The notes: generated by a model not told the origin, from the sequence alone. DNA of 14,769 bases from Candidatus Micrarchaeota archaeon (GCA_964652335.1 CAZZDL010000020.1:1-14769); one strand, 5' to 3'; positions 1-7,655 are shown, counted from the first letter of the stretch. Numbers and translations are program-made.

Positions 1-557
1 CTAACCAAATCCCTAGCATCCTTGAACTTTGCCTTCTTTCTTAGACCAATCCTTTTCAAATAATTTCTAACTATCTTCATATCGCATAAAGAGACTAGAC
101 TATCAAAAGCATTTTCATATACGGGCTCGTTGTAGTACACAAAATCAACTAGAGTTTTCTCTGGAGTGGAAACAGGGATATAGAAATCCCCATACCTCTT
201 ACTCTCATATCCAAACATGCCCTTGGGCTTCATATACCTTATCAGGACATTCTTGTCTAGCACCTGCCTCACACCTAGTCTAACCCTCCTGCTGGTTATG
301 ACCACTGGAACAGTCTCTTGTTCCCAAACCTCATAAAAGGAAAGTGCAAACTCTAGCCCTAGGTAAGACGGTCTGAATGCGTAAACTGCTAGGACTGGAT
401 CGTCATGGAATGAATAAATACCTTTTCCTAATTTGTGTATTTTGCCAGAAGAAAGATAGTTGTGGATAATCAGCTTTGCATAGCTTTTACCAACTAGCTT
501 TTCCACATCCTTAAAACTAAAGACGGGCCAGTCCCTAAATTTTTCAAGCACTACCAT
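1..557 (-). CDS. Type IV toxin-antitoxin AbiEi-family antitoxin (wHTH transcriptional regulator), 3'-partial at window edge
   Basis: Not in the ORF track; translated by hand from ATG at 557, which overlaps the toxin stop. Reads MVVLEKFRDWPVFSFKDVEKLVGKSYAKLIIHNYLSSGKIHKLGKGIYSF...SYLGLEFALSFYEVWEQ...MFGYE...IPVSTPEKTLVDFVYY and stays open to base 1. The N-terminal wHTH ending in 'KLGKGIY', plus 'SYLGLEFAL' and 'STPEKTLVD', are AbiEi hallmarks. It is coupled to an AbiEii gene. Confidence 0.88.
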   Translation of the reverse strand, partial: MVVLEKFRDWPVFSFKDVEKLVGKSYAKLIIHNYLSSGKIHKLGKGIYSFHDDPVLAVYAFRPSYLGLEFALSFYEVWEQETVPVVITSRRVRLGVRQVLDKNVLIRYMKPKGMFGYESKRYGDFYIPVSTPEKTLVDFVYYNEPVYENAFDSLVSLCDMKIVRNYLKRIGLRKKAKFKDARDLV

Positions 558-1189
558 CTCATTATCGTCCTCCTCATCTGATCATAGGTTGGGGCTAATC
601 CATCAATGACTATTGTCTTTAAGATGTCCATGTCCTTTGGCTTCTCAATCCCAGCCTTTAGGGCAGCTACTGCTTGACGAATACGCCTCTTGTCACATAA
701 TGGATAAAGAGTTATCAGATCATACAAATCCCTTACCAAGTGTCTAGACAAAAATGCATCTACCTTCTCTTTGAATATCTCTTCAGGGGGTAGGACATAT
801 ACAGATACAAATGTACCATCCACCCTTTCATAGCTTCCAATAATGCCTTCCTTCTCCTGGTTCGAAAACTCAAGCTTCACATGGATACCATTTCTTTCTA
901 TATCAGAAAATATTGTGTTGCCTGTGGACTTGAATTTCCTCAATTGCATGTCAAACGGTTGTATAAATGAATCAAGCCTTTCCTTTATGCCCTTGCTGTC
1001 CTTCCATACATAATAAAAGTCTAGGTCCTCAGAGAACCTTCTACCTCCATAAACCCTCCAAATAGCGGTTCCTCCATGAAACACAGCCGGGCTAGGGAGT
1101 GAAACTACAAAGTCCACTAGGACATCCTGCATCCTAGCCATTTCCAGCTGTCTTCTTCTCTTGATTCTTTTTTCTATTGGAATTTTCAT
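551..1189 (-). CDS. AbiEii/AbiGii-family nucleotidyltransferase toxin (type IV TA)
   Basis: 212 aa. Carries 'VFHGGTAIWRVYGGRRFSEDLDF' (GGT...RFSEDLD) and C-terminal 'EKVDAFLSR...RDLYDL', typical of DUF1814/AbiEii. Confidence 0.92.
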   Translation of the reverse strand: MKIPIEKRIKRRRQLEMARMQDVLVDFVVSLPSPAVFHGGTAIWRVYGGRRFSEDLDFYYVWKDSKGIKERLDSFIQPFDMQLRKFKSTGNTIFSDIERNGIHVKLEFSNQEKEGIIGSYERVDGTFVSVYVLPPEEIFKEKVDAFLSRHLVRDLYDLITLYPLCDKRRIRQAVAALKAGIEKPKDMDILKTIVIDGLAPTYDQMRRTIMRW

Positions 1190-1200
1190 ACAAGATATTT

Positions 1201-1232
1201 AACCAAAGTTATATATAAATATAACCTTGGTT
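1201..1232 (-). promoter_or_regulatory. abiE promoter: TATA box inside a 14-bp inverted repeat (probable AbiEi operator)
   Basis: AACCAAAGTTATAT-ataa-ATATAACCTTGGTT, with 13/14 arm positions complementary. Minus-strand TTTATATA at 1219-1212 lies 23-30 nt upstream of the toxin ATG (leaderless geometry). Confidence 0.75.
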
Positions 1233-1318
1233 TAATGCATAGTCTAGTCACCAGCATAATATACGCATTATACTCATGGGGTGGATGGTCTATAATCGTG
1301 AAAGGAAAAAATTAACAT

Positions 1319-1338
1319 TTGTCGGCATATGCCGACAA
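1319..1338. promoter_or_regulatory. Perfect 20-bp palindrome, putative transcription-factor site upstream of the mevalonate operon
   Basis: TTGTCGGCATATGCCGACAA is its own reverse complement. It lies just upstream of TATA-like TTTTAAA (1344-1350) and TTTTTATA. Confidence 0.6.
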
Positions 1339-1390
1339 TCTAGTTTTAAATTTTTATATCAGCTAATCAAAAAGAATGAAAGGTGAGCTC

Positions 1391-2602
1391 ATGCATTTAA
1401 CAAAAGAAGAAGAATCAATGCTTGCAGGAGAGTACGGAGCTGGCATTCAAAAGGCAATGGAGATAATTGTTGCCTTAGGCAAGATATATGGGGCAGAGAG
1501 ATTGGTGCCAGTAACTAGTGTACAGGTAGCTGGGGTTTCGTACAAGAACCTAGGAGATGCTGGGATAGAGTTCCTAGAAGAATGGGCAAACGCTGGAGGA
1601 AGAGTAAGAGTCCCTACTACTTTAAATCCAGCAGGAATGGACCTAGACGACTGGGAGAAAATAGGCTTTGAAAAGGACTTTGCAGAAAAGCAGCTAGCAG
1701 TTATACATGCATTTGAGAAAATGGGGATTCCACCGACATGTACATGCACCCCATATCTAGCAGGGAATATCCCTAAATTTGGAGACCATATTGCATGGGC
1801 AGAATCGTCTGCTGTTAGCTTTGCAAACAGTGTAATCGGTGCAAGGACAAACAGGGAAGGTGGGCCAAGCGCAATCGCTGCTGCCATAACTGGAAGGACA
1901 GCCGAATATGGATATCACTTAGATGAAAACAGATTGGCCGAGTATAAGATAATCGTTGAAGCAGATATTAATGACTATGCAGACTTTGGATTTTTAGGAT
2001 ATTGGACAGGGAAACATGTTAGAAGCTCTGTTCCATACTTCACCAGCCTAAAGGCAAACTCTGATCAGCTGAAGCAATTGGGAGCTGCAGCCGCCGCAAG
2101 TGGTGCAATAGCCTTGTATCATGTGGAAGGAGTAACTCCAGAGGCTAGGATCCATGGGGAGAATATACTAAAAGATGATTATCAAACAATCACATTTGGA
2201 GAAGGAGAGAAGAAGGAGGTTATTGAAGCAATAGGGAAAGGTGAGACAGAGATTGACCTAGTTGTATTCGGATGTCCACATGCAAGCTTAGAAGAATTGA
2301 GAGAGATCGCTGGATTAGTGAAAGGCAAGCAATTGAAAGCTGAGCTCTGGATAACCACGTCCAAGCCAGTAAAGGAAATAGCCAAAAGGATGGGACTAGA
2401 CAAGATAATTGAGAATGCGGGTGGAAAGATTGTCGCAGACATGTGTGCAGTTGTATCTCCAATAAAGGGATTTGGGTTCAAGAGCATAGCTGTGAATTCT
2501 GGAAAATACGCCTGGTACCTAGCTAACCAAGGGTTTGCAATTAGAATGGGATCAACAAAGAAATGTGTGGAGGCAGCTATAACTGGAAGGTGGAAAGAAT
2601 GA
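1391..2602 (+). CDS. Phosphomevalonate dehydratase large subunit (aconitase X type II catalytic subunit, DUF521)
   Basis: Fe-S cysteine motifs 'TCTCTPY', 'GCPH' and 'DMCAVVSP'; also 'AGVSYKNLGDAG', 'TTLNPAG' and 'WAESSAVSFANSVIGARTNRE'. Start moved to 1391 (MHLTKEEE) because GGTGA sits at 1382-1386. Adjacent to the DUF126 subunit, IPK and fni. Confidence 0.9.
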   Translation: MHLTKEEESMLAGEYGAGIQKAMEIIVALGKIYGAERLVPVTSVQVAGVSYKNLGDAGIEFLEEWANAGGRVRVPTTLNPAGMDLDDWEKIGFEKDFAEKQLAVIHAFEKMGIPPTCTCTPYLAGNIPKFGDHIAWAESSAVSFANSVIGARTNREGGPSAIAAAITGRTAEYGYHLDENRLAEYKIIVEADINDYADFGFLGYWTGKHVRSSVPYFTSLKANSDQLKQLGAAAAASGAIALYHVEGVTPEARIHGENILKDDYQTITFGEGEKKEVIEAIGKGETEIDLVVFGCPHASLEELREIAGLVKGKQLKAELWITTSKPVKEIAKRMGLDKIIENAGGKIVADMCAVVSPIKGFGFKSIAVNSGKYAWYLANQGFAIRMGSTKKCVEAAITGRWKE

Positions 2603-2991
2603 TACTAGAGGGAAGAGTCATAAAGGAAGGAAATGTTGAGGGAGAAGCGCTTGTGTCTCCTGAGCCTATTGGCTTTTATGGAAATGTGGATCCAGACACA
2701 GGCATAATAATAGAAAAGGGACACCCACTAGAAGGAAAATCAATAGCTGGAAAAATACTCGTATTCCCGACAGGGAAGGGATCAACCGTTGGGAGCTATA
2801 CAATGTACAGACTAAAGAAAAATGGAAAGGCCCCTCTGGGAATAATAGTAAAAGAAAGCGAACCCATAATTGCTGTGGGGGCAATAATATCGGATATTCC
2901 AATGGTTGACAAGGTAGACATATCCAAGATAAAAACAGGTATGAAGGTGAAAATAGATGGAAGGACTGTCAAAATCAAAGATAGTGATTAA
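2599..2991 (+). CDS. Phosphomevalonate dehydratase small subunit (aconitase X swiveling domain, DUF126)
   Basis: Motifs 'GNVDPDTGIIIEKGHPLEGKSIAGKILVFP' and 'GKGSTVGSY'. ATGA start/stop overlap with the large subunit at 2599-2602. Confidence 0.92.
   Translation: MILEGRVIKEGNVEGEALVSPEPIGFYGNVDPDTGIIIEKGHPLEGKSIAGKILVFPTGKGSTVGSYTMYRLKKNGKAPLGIIVKESEPIIAVGAIISDIPMVDKVDISKIKTGMKVKIDGRTVKIKDSD
2957..2982 (+). repeat. 26-bp direct repeat, left copy
   Basis: ATGGAAGGACTGTCAAAATCAAAGAT, identical to 3473-3498. Preceded by GGTGA (2946-2950) and TAG. Confidence 0.97.
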
Positions 2992-3025
2992 AAATAACAA
3001 TATATAAATCTAGTATGGTGGTAAC

Positions 3026-3226
3026 ATGGAAACTGCATACGTGCCAATACCTAAAGAGGTATTCTCTGACCTGGTAAAAAGATTTGGGGAACTGGAAGAA
3101 ATAATGGAAACGCTTGAGATAATGGCTGACAAAGCTATGATGGACGACATAAAAAAGAGTGAAGAAGACATTAAAGCTGGGAGAGTAACCAAACTGAAAG
3201 ACATCAACAAACTTGGGGAGGAATAA
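3026..3226 (+). CDS. Type II antitoxin (archaeal RelB/Phd-YefM-like)
   Basis: 66 aa and acidic. 'ETLEIMAD..MMDDIKKSEEDIKAGRV' resembles the toxin-binding C-terminus of RelB/YefM antitoxins. GGTGG RBS at 3017-3021, TATATAAA at 3001-3008, directly upstream of a RelE-like gene. Confidence 0.8.
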   Translation: METAYVPIPKEVFSDLVKRFGELEEIMETLEIMADKAMMDDIKKSEEDIKAGRVTKLKDINKLGEE

Positions 3227-3228
3227 AA

Positions 3229-3471
3229 TTGGATATCTACTACACTAAGACCTTCCTTAAAGCATATAATAAGTTAGATAATGAAGCAAGAGAAAAGGTA
3301 AAAAAGGCAATACAAAAGTTACAAGAGGGACACAAAGGAAAACCACTACGATACGATCTCAGCGGTTATTTTTCCATAAGAATATCCAATATACGAGTCA
3401 TATATAAAGAAATTAATAACGGGCTAATGCTCATTACTTGCGGATTGAGAAAAAATGTTTACGGTGACTAG
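3229..3471 (+). CDS. relE: RelE/ParE-family toxin (RelE-like mRNA interferase)
   Basis: 80 aa and basic. Motifs 'YTKTFLKAYNKL', 'GKPLRYDLSGYFSIRISNIRVIY' and C-terminal 'GLRKNVY'. TTG start after a GGGGAGG RBS. Confidence 0.88.
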   Translation: MDIYYTKTFLKAYNKLDNEAREKVKKAIQKLQEGHKGKPLRYDLSGYFSIRISNIRVIYKEINNGLMLITCGLRKNVYGD

Positions 3472-3472
3472 A

Positions 3473-3498
3473 ATGGAAGGACTGTCAAAATCAAAGAT
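3473..3498 (+). repeat. 26-bp direct repeat, right copy
   Basis: Identical to 2957-2982. Begins 1 nt after the relE stop, at an ATG in the IPK frame, with GGTGA at 3463-3467. Confidence 0.97.
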
Positions 3499-4315
3499 GG
3501 GAGTCAAGAATGATAACCTAACCGTGATAAAGATTGGTGGGAGCGTAATAACAAGGAAAGAGGATGATAAACCTGAGGTGAACAGGGAAAACCTTGACAG
3601 GGTAGCAAAGGAGATAGGAAATGCATTGTCTGAAAAGCCAAATGGAAGGCTCATAATAGTCCATGGGGCTGGACCATTTGGGCATATATACGCAAAGAAA
3701 TATGATTTGCACCTAGGGCTAAAATCAGAAAAGCAGGTGAAGGGTATAGGGATAACCCACAGGTGGATGGAATGGCTAAACCATGAAGTTGTAAAGACTC
3801 TCCAAGAGAACGGAGTAAAGGCAATGCCGTTCCAACCAAGTGCTGGTGGAATTCTCTGCAATGGAAAATTAGTCCAATTCCCATTAAACGTCGTGGAAAA
3901 ATTCCTTGACCTTGGATTAGTCATTGTCTCCCATGGGGACGTACTACTTGATAACTCAAGAGGTATAGGAATACTATCTGGAGATCATTTGGCGCCGTAT
4001 CTAGCCCATAATCTAAGAGCCAAAAGACTTATCCTTGGCACTGACGTAGACGGAGTATTCACTGCCGATCCAAAGAGGAATCCAGATGCAAAGCTGGTTA
4101 AGGAGATAACTCCAGACAATCTGACAGGGCTAGAAATCGGGGGTTCAAATTCCACAGATGTCACTGGAGGGATGGCCAGAAAGATAGCAGAGCTTGTGGA
4201 CCTAGCAAAGGAAGGGCTTGAGTCAGAGATAATAAACATAACAAAGCCAGGAGTTTTATACAAAGCTCTTATGGGTGAAACAGGGCTTGGTACAATAATC
4301 AGACCTAAACAATAG
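3473..4315 (+). CDS. ipk: Isopentenyl phosphate kinase (amino-acid kinase family)
   Basis: Motifs 'KIGGSVIT', 'VHGAGPFGH' with the IPK signature His, 'SGD' and 'DVTGGMARK'; directly upstream of fni. Start 3473 chosen for the GGTGA RBS; ATG 3497 is an alternative. Confidence 0.92.
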   Translation: MEGLSKSKMGVKNDNLTVIKIGGSVITRKEDDKPEVNRENLDRVAKEIGNALSEKPNGRLIIVHGAGPFGHIYAKKYDLHLGLKSEKQVKGIGITHRWMEWLNHEVVKTLQENGVKAMPFQPSAGGILCNGKLVQFPLNVVEKFLDLGLVIVSHGDVLLDNSRGIGILSGDHLAPYLAHNLRAKRLILGTDVDGVFTADPKRNPDAKLVKEITPDNLTGLEIGGSNSTDVTGGMARKIAELVDLAKEGLESEIINITKPGVLYKALMGETGLGTIIRPKQ

Positions 4316-4355
4316 ATAATTTAAATAGCAACTGGATTAATTGTTTGGTGATTGC

Positions 4356-5423
4356 ATGTCTTGGACAACCGGAAAGAGAAAGCTTGATCATCTTCATATA
4401 GCTGCCAGGGAAAGGGTTGAATATGGAGACACCTGGTTTGATGATGTAATTCTTGTTCATGAGAGTGTCCCTGAGCTTGATCTTAATGATATAAACACAA
4501 AGACTAAGTTTTTAGGTAAAGAGCTAAAATACCCGTTCATGATTGTTGGGATGACAGGCGGTGTTGAAGAAGCAAAGGAAATAAATAGAGACATAGCTAA
4601 AGTGGCGGAAAACTTGGGAATAGGGTTCGGTCTCGGAAGCCAAAGGGCAATGCTTGAACGGGCAGAAACATGGGAAAGCTACTACGTCAGAGAAGAAGCT
4701 CCAAAAACACTAGTCATAGGGAATATAGGTCTAGCTCAGCTAGGAGACTATCCAAAGGACAAGATAAAGAAAGCCATGAAAAAAATAGGAGCAGACGCGA
4801 TGGCTGTTCACATGAATCCTGCACAAGAAGCTGTACAGCCTGAAGGAGACTGGGATTTCAAAGATAAACTTCCATTGCTTAAAGAATTAGCAGGAGAGAT
4901 ACCTGTTATAGCAAAGGAAGTTGGGAATGGTGTTTGTAGGGAAATAGCCATAAAGCTTAGGCACGCCGGAGTAAAGGCAGTAGATATCGGTGGATTTGGC
5001 GGAACCAATTGGGTGCTAATAGAAGCAATGAGGCATGGTGAAAAAACGCCATTCATAAACTGGGGAATACCAACAGCAGCCAGTGTGCTAGAAGTCGCTC
5101 CTATACTCCCAGCTATAGCCACCGGTGGAATAAGGAATGGTATGGAGGCTGCAAAGGCAATAGCACTAGGTGCCAGTCTAGTAGGAATTGGCCTGCCAGC
5201 GCTTAGATGGTACCTAGCTGGTGGGAAGGAGCTTTTGGAGACAAACCTCATAAGGATGTTGCACGAGTTTAAGATTGCGATGTTCTTAACCGGTTCATCC
5301 AATGTAAGAGAATTGAAGGAAACAAACCTAGTGATAACAGGAAAGCTTAGGGAATGGTGCCTAGCCAGAGGGATAGATATAAAACATTACGCAAATAGGG
5401 AGGCTGGAAAGGCTATATTTTAA
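4356..5423 (+). CDS. fni: Type 2 isopentenyl-diphosphate Delta-isomerase (FMN-dependent)
   Basis: Motifs 'RKLDH', 'MTGG', 'GSQR', 'HMNPAQEAVQPEGD', 'KEVGNG', 'GGTNW' and 'WGIPT'. GGTGA RBS at 4347-4351 before ATG 4356; TTTAAATA at 4320-4327. Confidence 0.96.
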   Translation: MSWTTGKRKLDHLHIAARERVEYGDTWFDDVILVHESVPELDLNDINTKTKFLGKELKYPFMIVGMTGGVEEAKEINRDIAKVAENLGIGFGLGSQRAMLERAETWESYYVREEAPKTLVIGNIGLAQLGDYPKDKIKKAMKKIGADAMAVHMNPAQEAVQPEGDWDFKDKLPLLKELAGEIPVIAKEVGNGVCREIAIKLRHAGVKAVDIGGFGGTNWVLIEAMRHGEKTPFINWGIPTAASVLEVAPILPAIATGGIRNGMEAAKAIALGASLVGIGLPALRWYLAGGKELLETNLIRMLHEFKIAMFLTGSSNVRELKETNLVITGKLREWCLARGIDIKHYANREAGKAIF

Positions 5424-5494
5424 TCCTGCAAAAGGGACTAAGCCTCTGTTGAGTAAGCAACAAGTATTAATTAAAATAAATCGTAATATCTAGC

Positions 5495-5941
5495 ATGGCG
5501 CGTCCTTTGTCTGAACTAGTAAAGAAAACTGGTGAAAGATTTGGTTTTCTTGCCGCTAGAAAGATAGCTAAACTGAAAGATCATGAACTGAAAGAGTTAG
5601 AGTTATCACATATTGAAGGGATTATAGATAATATTGATAAGTTCGGCAGATTAACTGCAGCCAAAAGGTTGGTTGAATATGCAATCAAGAAAGGTTTGAT
5701 ACAACCAGAAAAGCCAGAAAGCATTGAGATAATTGGAAGACTGGTAAAAAATTTGGAGAGATCCCCTACTCAAATTGCGATTAATTCATCAAATTTATTA
5801 GTATTCATAGCAAATAAGAATCCTGAGCTACTAAAGCCATTCATTAAAAGGCTTGAGGAACTAGAGGCTAATGGGCATATGTATCAAGCAGAGGAAGCAA
5901 GATTTGTGCTAAAGGCTATGAGGGGAAAGAAAAATGAATAA
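5495..5941 (+). CDS. Hypothetical helical protein, possibly HEAT/ARM-like C-terminal half
   Basis: 148-aa ORF filling the fni-gltX gap. TATA-like TATTAATTAA about 25 nt upstream; overlaps the gltX start by 8 nt. 'IANKNPELLKPFIKRL' resembles a HEAT repeat. AT-rich. Confidence 0.7.
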   Translation: MARPLSELVKKTGERFGFLAARKIAKLKDHELKELELSHIEGIIDNIDKFGRLTAAKRLVEYAIKKGLIQPEKPESIEIIGRLVKNLERSPTQIAINSSNLLVFIANKNPELLKPFIKRLEELEANGHMYQAEEARFVLKAMRGKKNE

Positions 5942-7625
5942 ATTGGAAGAAATTATCCGGAAGTACGCATTGAAAAACGCATACTCCTATGGTAAAGCCG
6001 ATATAAAAGCTGTAGCAAATAAAGTCTTCGGCCGGTGCAAAGAGGCACGGGTAAACCCAAGAGATGTCATGCCCATGGTCAGGGAGATAGTTGATAAGGT
6101 AAATAAGATGGACCATGACCAAATAGCAAAGGAGCTTGAAAAATATCCAGACCTGATGGTAAAAGAAGAAATAAAAGAAAGAACGCTTCCTCCACTGCCG
6201 AATGCAGAAGAAGGAAAAGTTGTAACCAGAATGCCTCCTGAACCAAACGCATACCCACATATAGGACATGCAATATCATTCTTTTTCAACTGGTATTATG
6301 CTAGGCAATACAAGGGAAAGGTAATACTAAGATTTGACGATACAAACCCTAGAAAGGAAAAGAAAGAATACTACGAAGCCATGGAATCTGGACTAGAATG
6401 GTTAGGGCTTGATTGGGATGAGAAACATTACATGTCAGAGGACATACCCATTATGTACAAATATGCAGAAGATCTGATAAAAAAAGGAAAGGCATACGTA
6501 TGTACGTGCAATGGGGAGACGATAAAGAAAAATAGAGAGCTCGGGCAGGGATGTGAGCACAGAGAACAAAGCGTTGAGGAAAATTTAGAATTATGGAATA
6601 AAATGCTAACAGAACTCAAAGAAGGAGAGGCTGTCCTAAGGTATAAGGGAGATATGAAGTCAAAAAATACTGTAATGAGAGATCCCACACTAGCAAGAAT
6701 AATAAATGCAGAACATCCGATACAAGGAGACAAATACAGGGTTTGGCCTACTTATGACTTCGCTTGTTCTATAGAGGATTCAATATTGGGTATAACCCAT
6801 GTACTAAGATCAAATGAGTTTGAACTAAGGAACGAACTACAAAATGCAATCAGAGATGACTTGGGCTTAAGGAGCCCTACAATAATCCATTATTCAAGAT
6901 TCAATGTTGAAGGAATGAAAGCTAGCAAGAGGGAAATAGCTAGGCTGATAGAGGAAGGGAAGGTAACTGGTTGGGACGATCCTAGGCTGATAACCCTGGC
7001 TGGTTTAAAGAGAAGAGGAATACTGCCGGAAACGATAAAGGGGCTTGCCATGGAGCTAGGTTTGTCTACGTCACAGCCAACGATATCGTGGGAAAACCTA
7101 TTTTCAATAAACAGAAAACTGCTCGACCCAATGGCAAATAGATACTTCCTAGTCATAGACCCTGTAAGAATAATAGTTAACAATGCTCCCAACAAAACAG
7201 CTAGACTAAAATTACATCCAAACTGTCCTGAGAGGGGGTTTAGAGAGGTAGAGACCTCTGGTATATTCTTCATATCCAGATCGGATGCAGAAACATTAAA
7301 ACCTGGGGACAAGATTAGGTTAAAGGATTTGTACAATATTGAAATAACATCTACAGACCCATTGAACGCCAAATATGTGGGGGAGGAAGTGATAAAAGGG
7401 ATTCCTAAGATACAATGGGTTACTATGGATAATGTAAAGACAAAGCTTATAATTCCTGATATGCTGTTTAAAGATGGGGTTTTCAATGAAGAAAGCCTAG
7501 TAGAAAGAGAGTGTCTGGCAGAGAAAGGAGTAGCTAATGTAAAGGTTGACGAAATTGTGCAGTTTGAACGGGTGGGTTTTGCAAGAAAGGACAGTGACGA
7601 TAGGTTTATACTAGCACACAAATAG
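5934..7625 (+). CDS. gltX: Glutamate--tRNA ligase (archaeal type)
   Basis: HIGH motif in 'RMPPEPNAYPHIGH'; also 'LRFDDTNP', 'WPTYDFA', 'GITHVLR', KMSKS-like 'KASKR', 'GWDDPRL' and 'QFERVGF'. Has the archaeal N-terminal extension. Confidence 0.97.
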   Translation: MNKLEEIIRKYALKNAYSYGKADIKAVANKVFGRCKEARVNPRDVMPMVREIVDKVNKMDHDQIAKELEKYPDLMVKEEIKERTLPPLPNAEEGKVVTRMPPEPNAYPHIGHAISFFFNWYYARQYKGKVILRFDDTNPRKEKKEYYEAMESGLEWLGLDWDEKHYMSEDIPIMYKYAEDLIKKGKAYVCTCNGETIKKNRELGQGCEHREQSVEENLELWNKMLTELKEGEAVLRYKGDMKSKNTVMRDPTLARIINAEHPIQGDKYRVWPTYDFACSIEDSILGITHVLRSNEFELRNELQNAIRDDLGLRSPTIIHYSRFNVEGMKASKREIARLIEEGKVTGWDDPRLITLAGLKRRGILPETIKGLAMELGLSTSQPTISWENLFSINRKLLDPMANRYFLVIDPVRIIVNNAPNKTARLKLHPNCPERGFREVETSGIFFISRSDAETLKPGDKIRLKDLYNIEITSTDPLNAKYVGEEVIKGIPKIQWVTMDNVKTKLIIPDMLFKDGVFNEESLVERECLAEKGVANVKVDEIVQFERVGFARKDSDDRFILAHK

Positions 7626-7655
7626 TTTTATAAGCCGATTGGTTAAATTCTATGG

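Larger units (their letters stand above)
2983..3498 (+). mobile_element. Putative inserted 516-bp RelBE cassette bounded by 26-bp direct repeats
   Basis: AT-rich TA module exactly between two identical 26-mers. Removing one unit leaves both flanking genes intact and overlapping. No recombinase is encoded, so mobility is inferred. Confidence 0.6.

Noticed and set aside
1..3. CTA at the window start as the antitoxin stop codon
   Set aside because: Out of frame with the antitoxin ORF, which continues past the window edge.
1253..1274. AGCATAAT-N6-ATTATACT inverted repeat resembling a dif/Xer site
   Set aside because: The ATAA...TTAT spacing is 8 nt rather than the 6 nt of dif sites and the outer arms do not match; too short to call.
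2957..3498. 26-bp repeats as a CRISPR array or IS ends
   Set aside because: Only two direct copies separated by 490 bp of coding DNA; no cas or transposase genes and no terminal inverted repeats.
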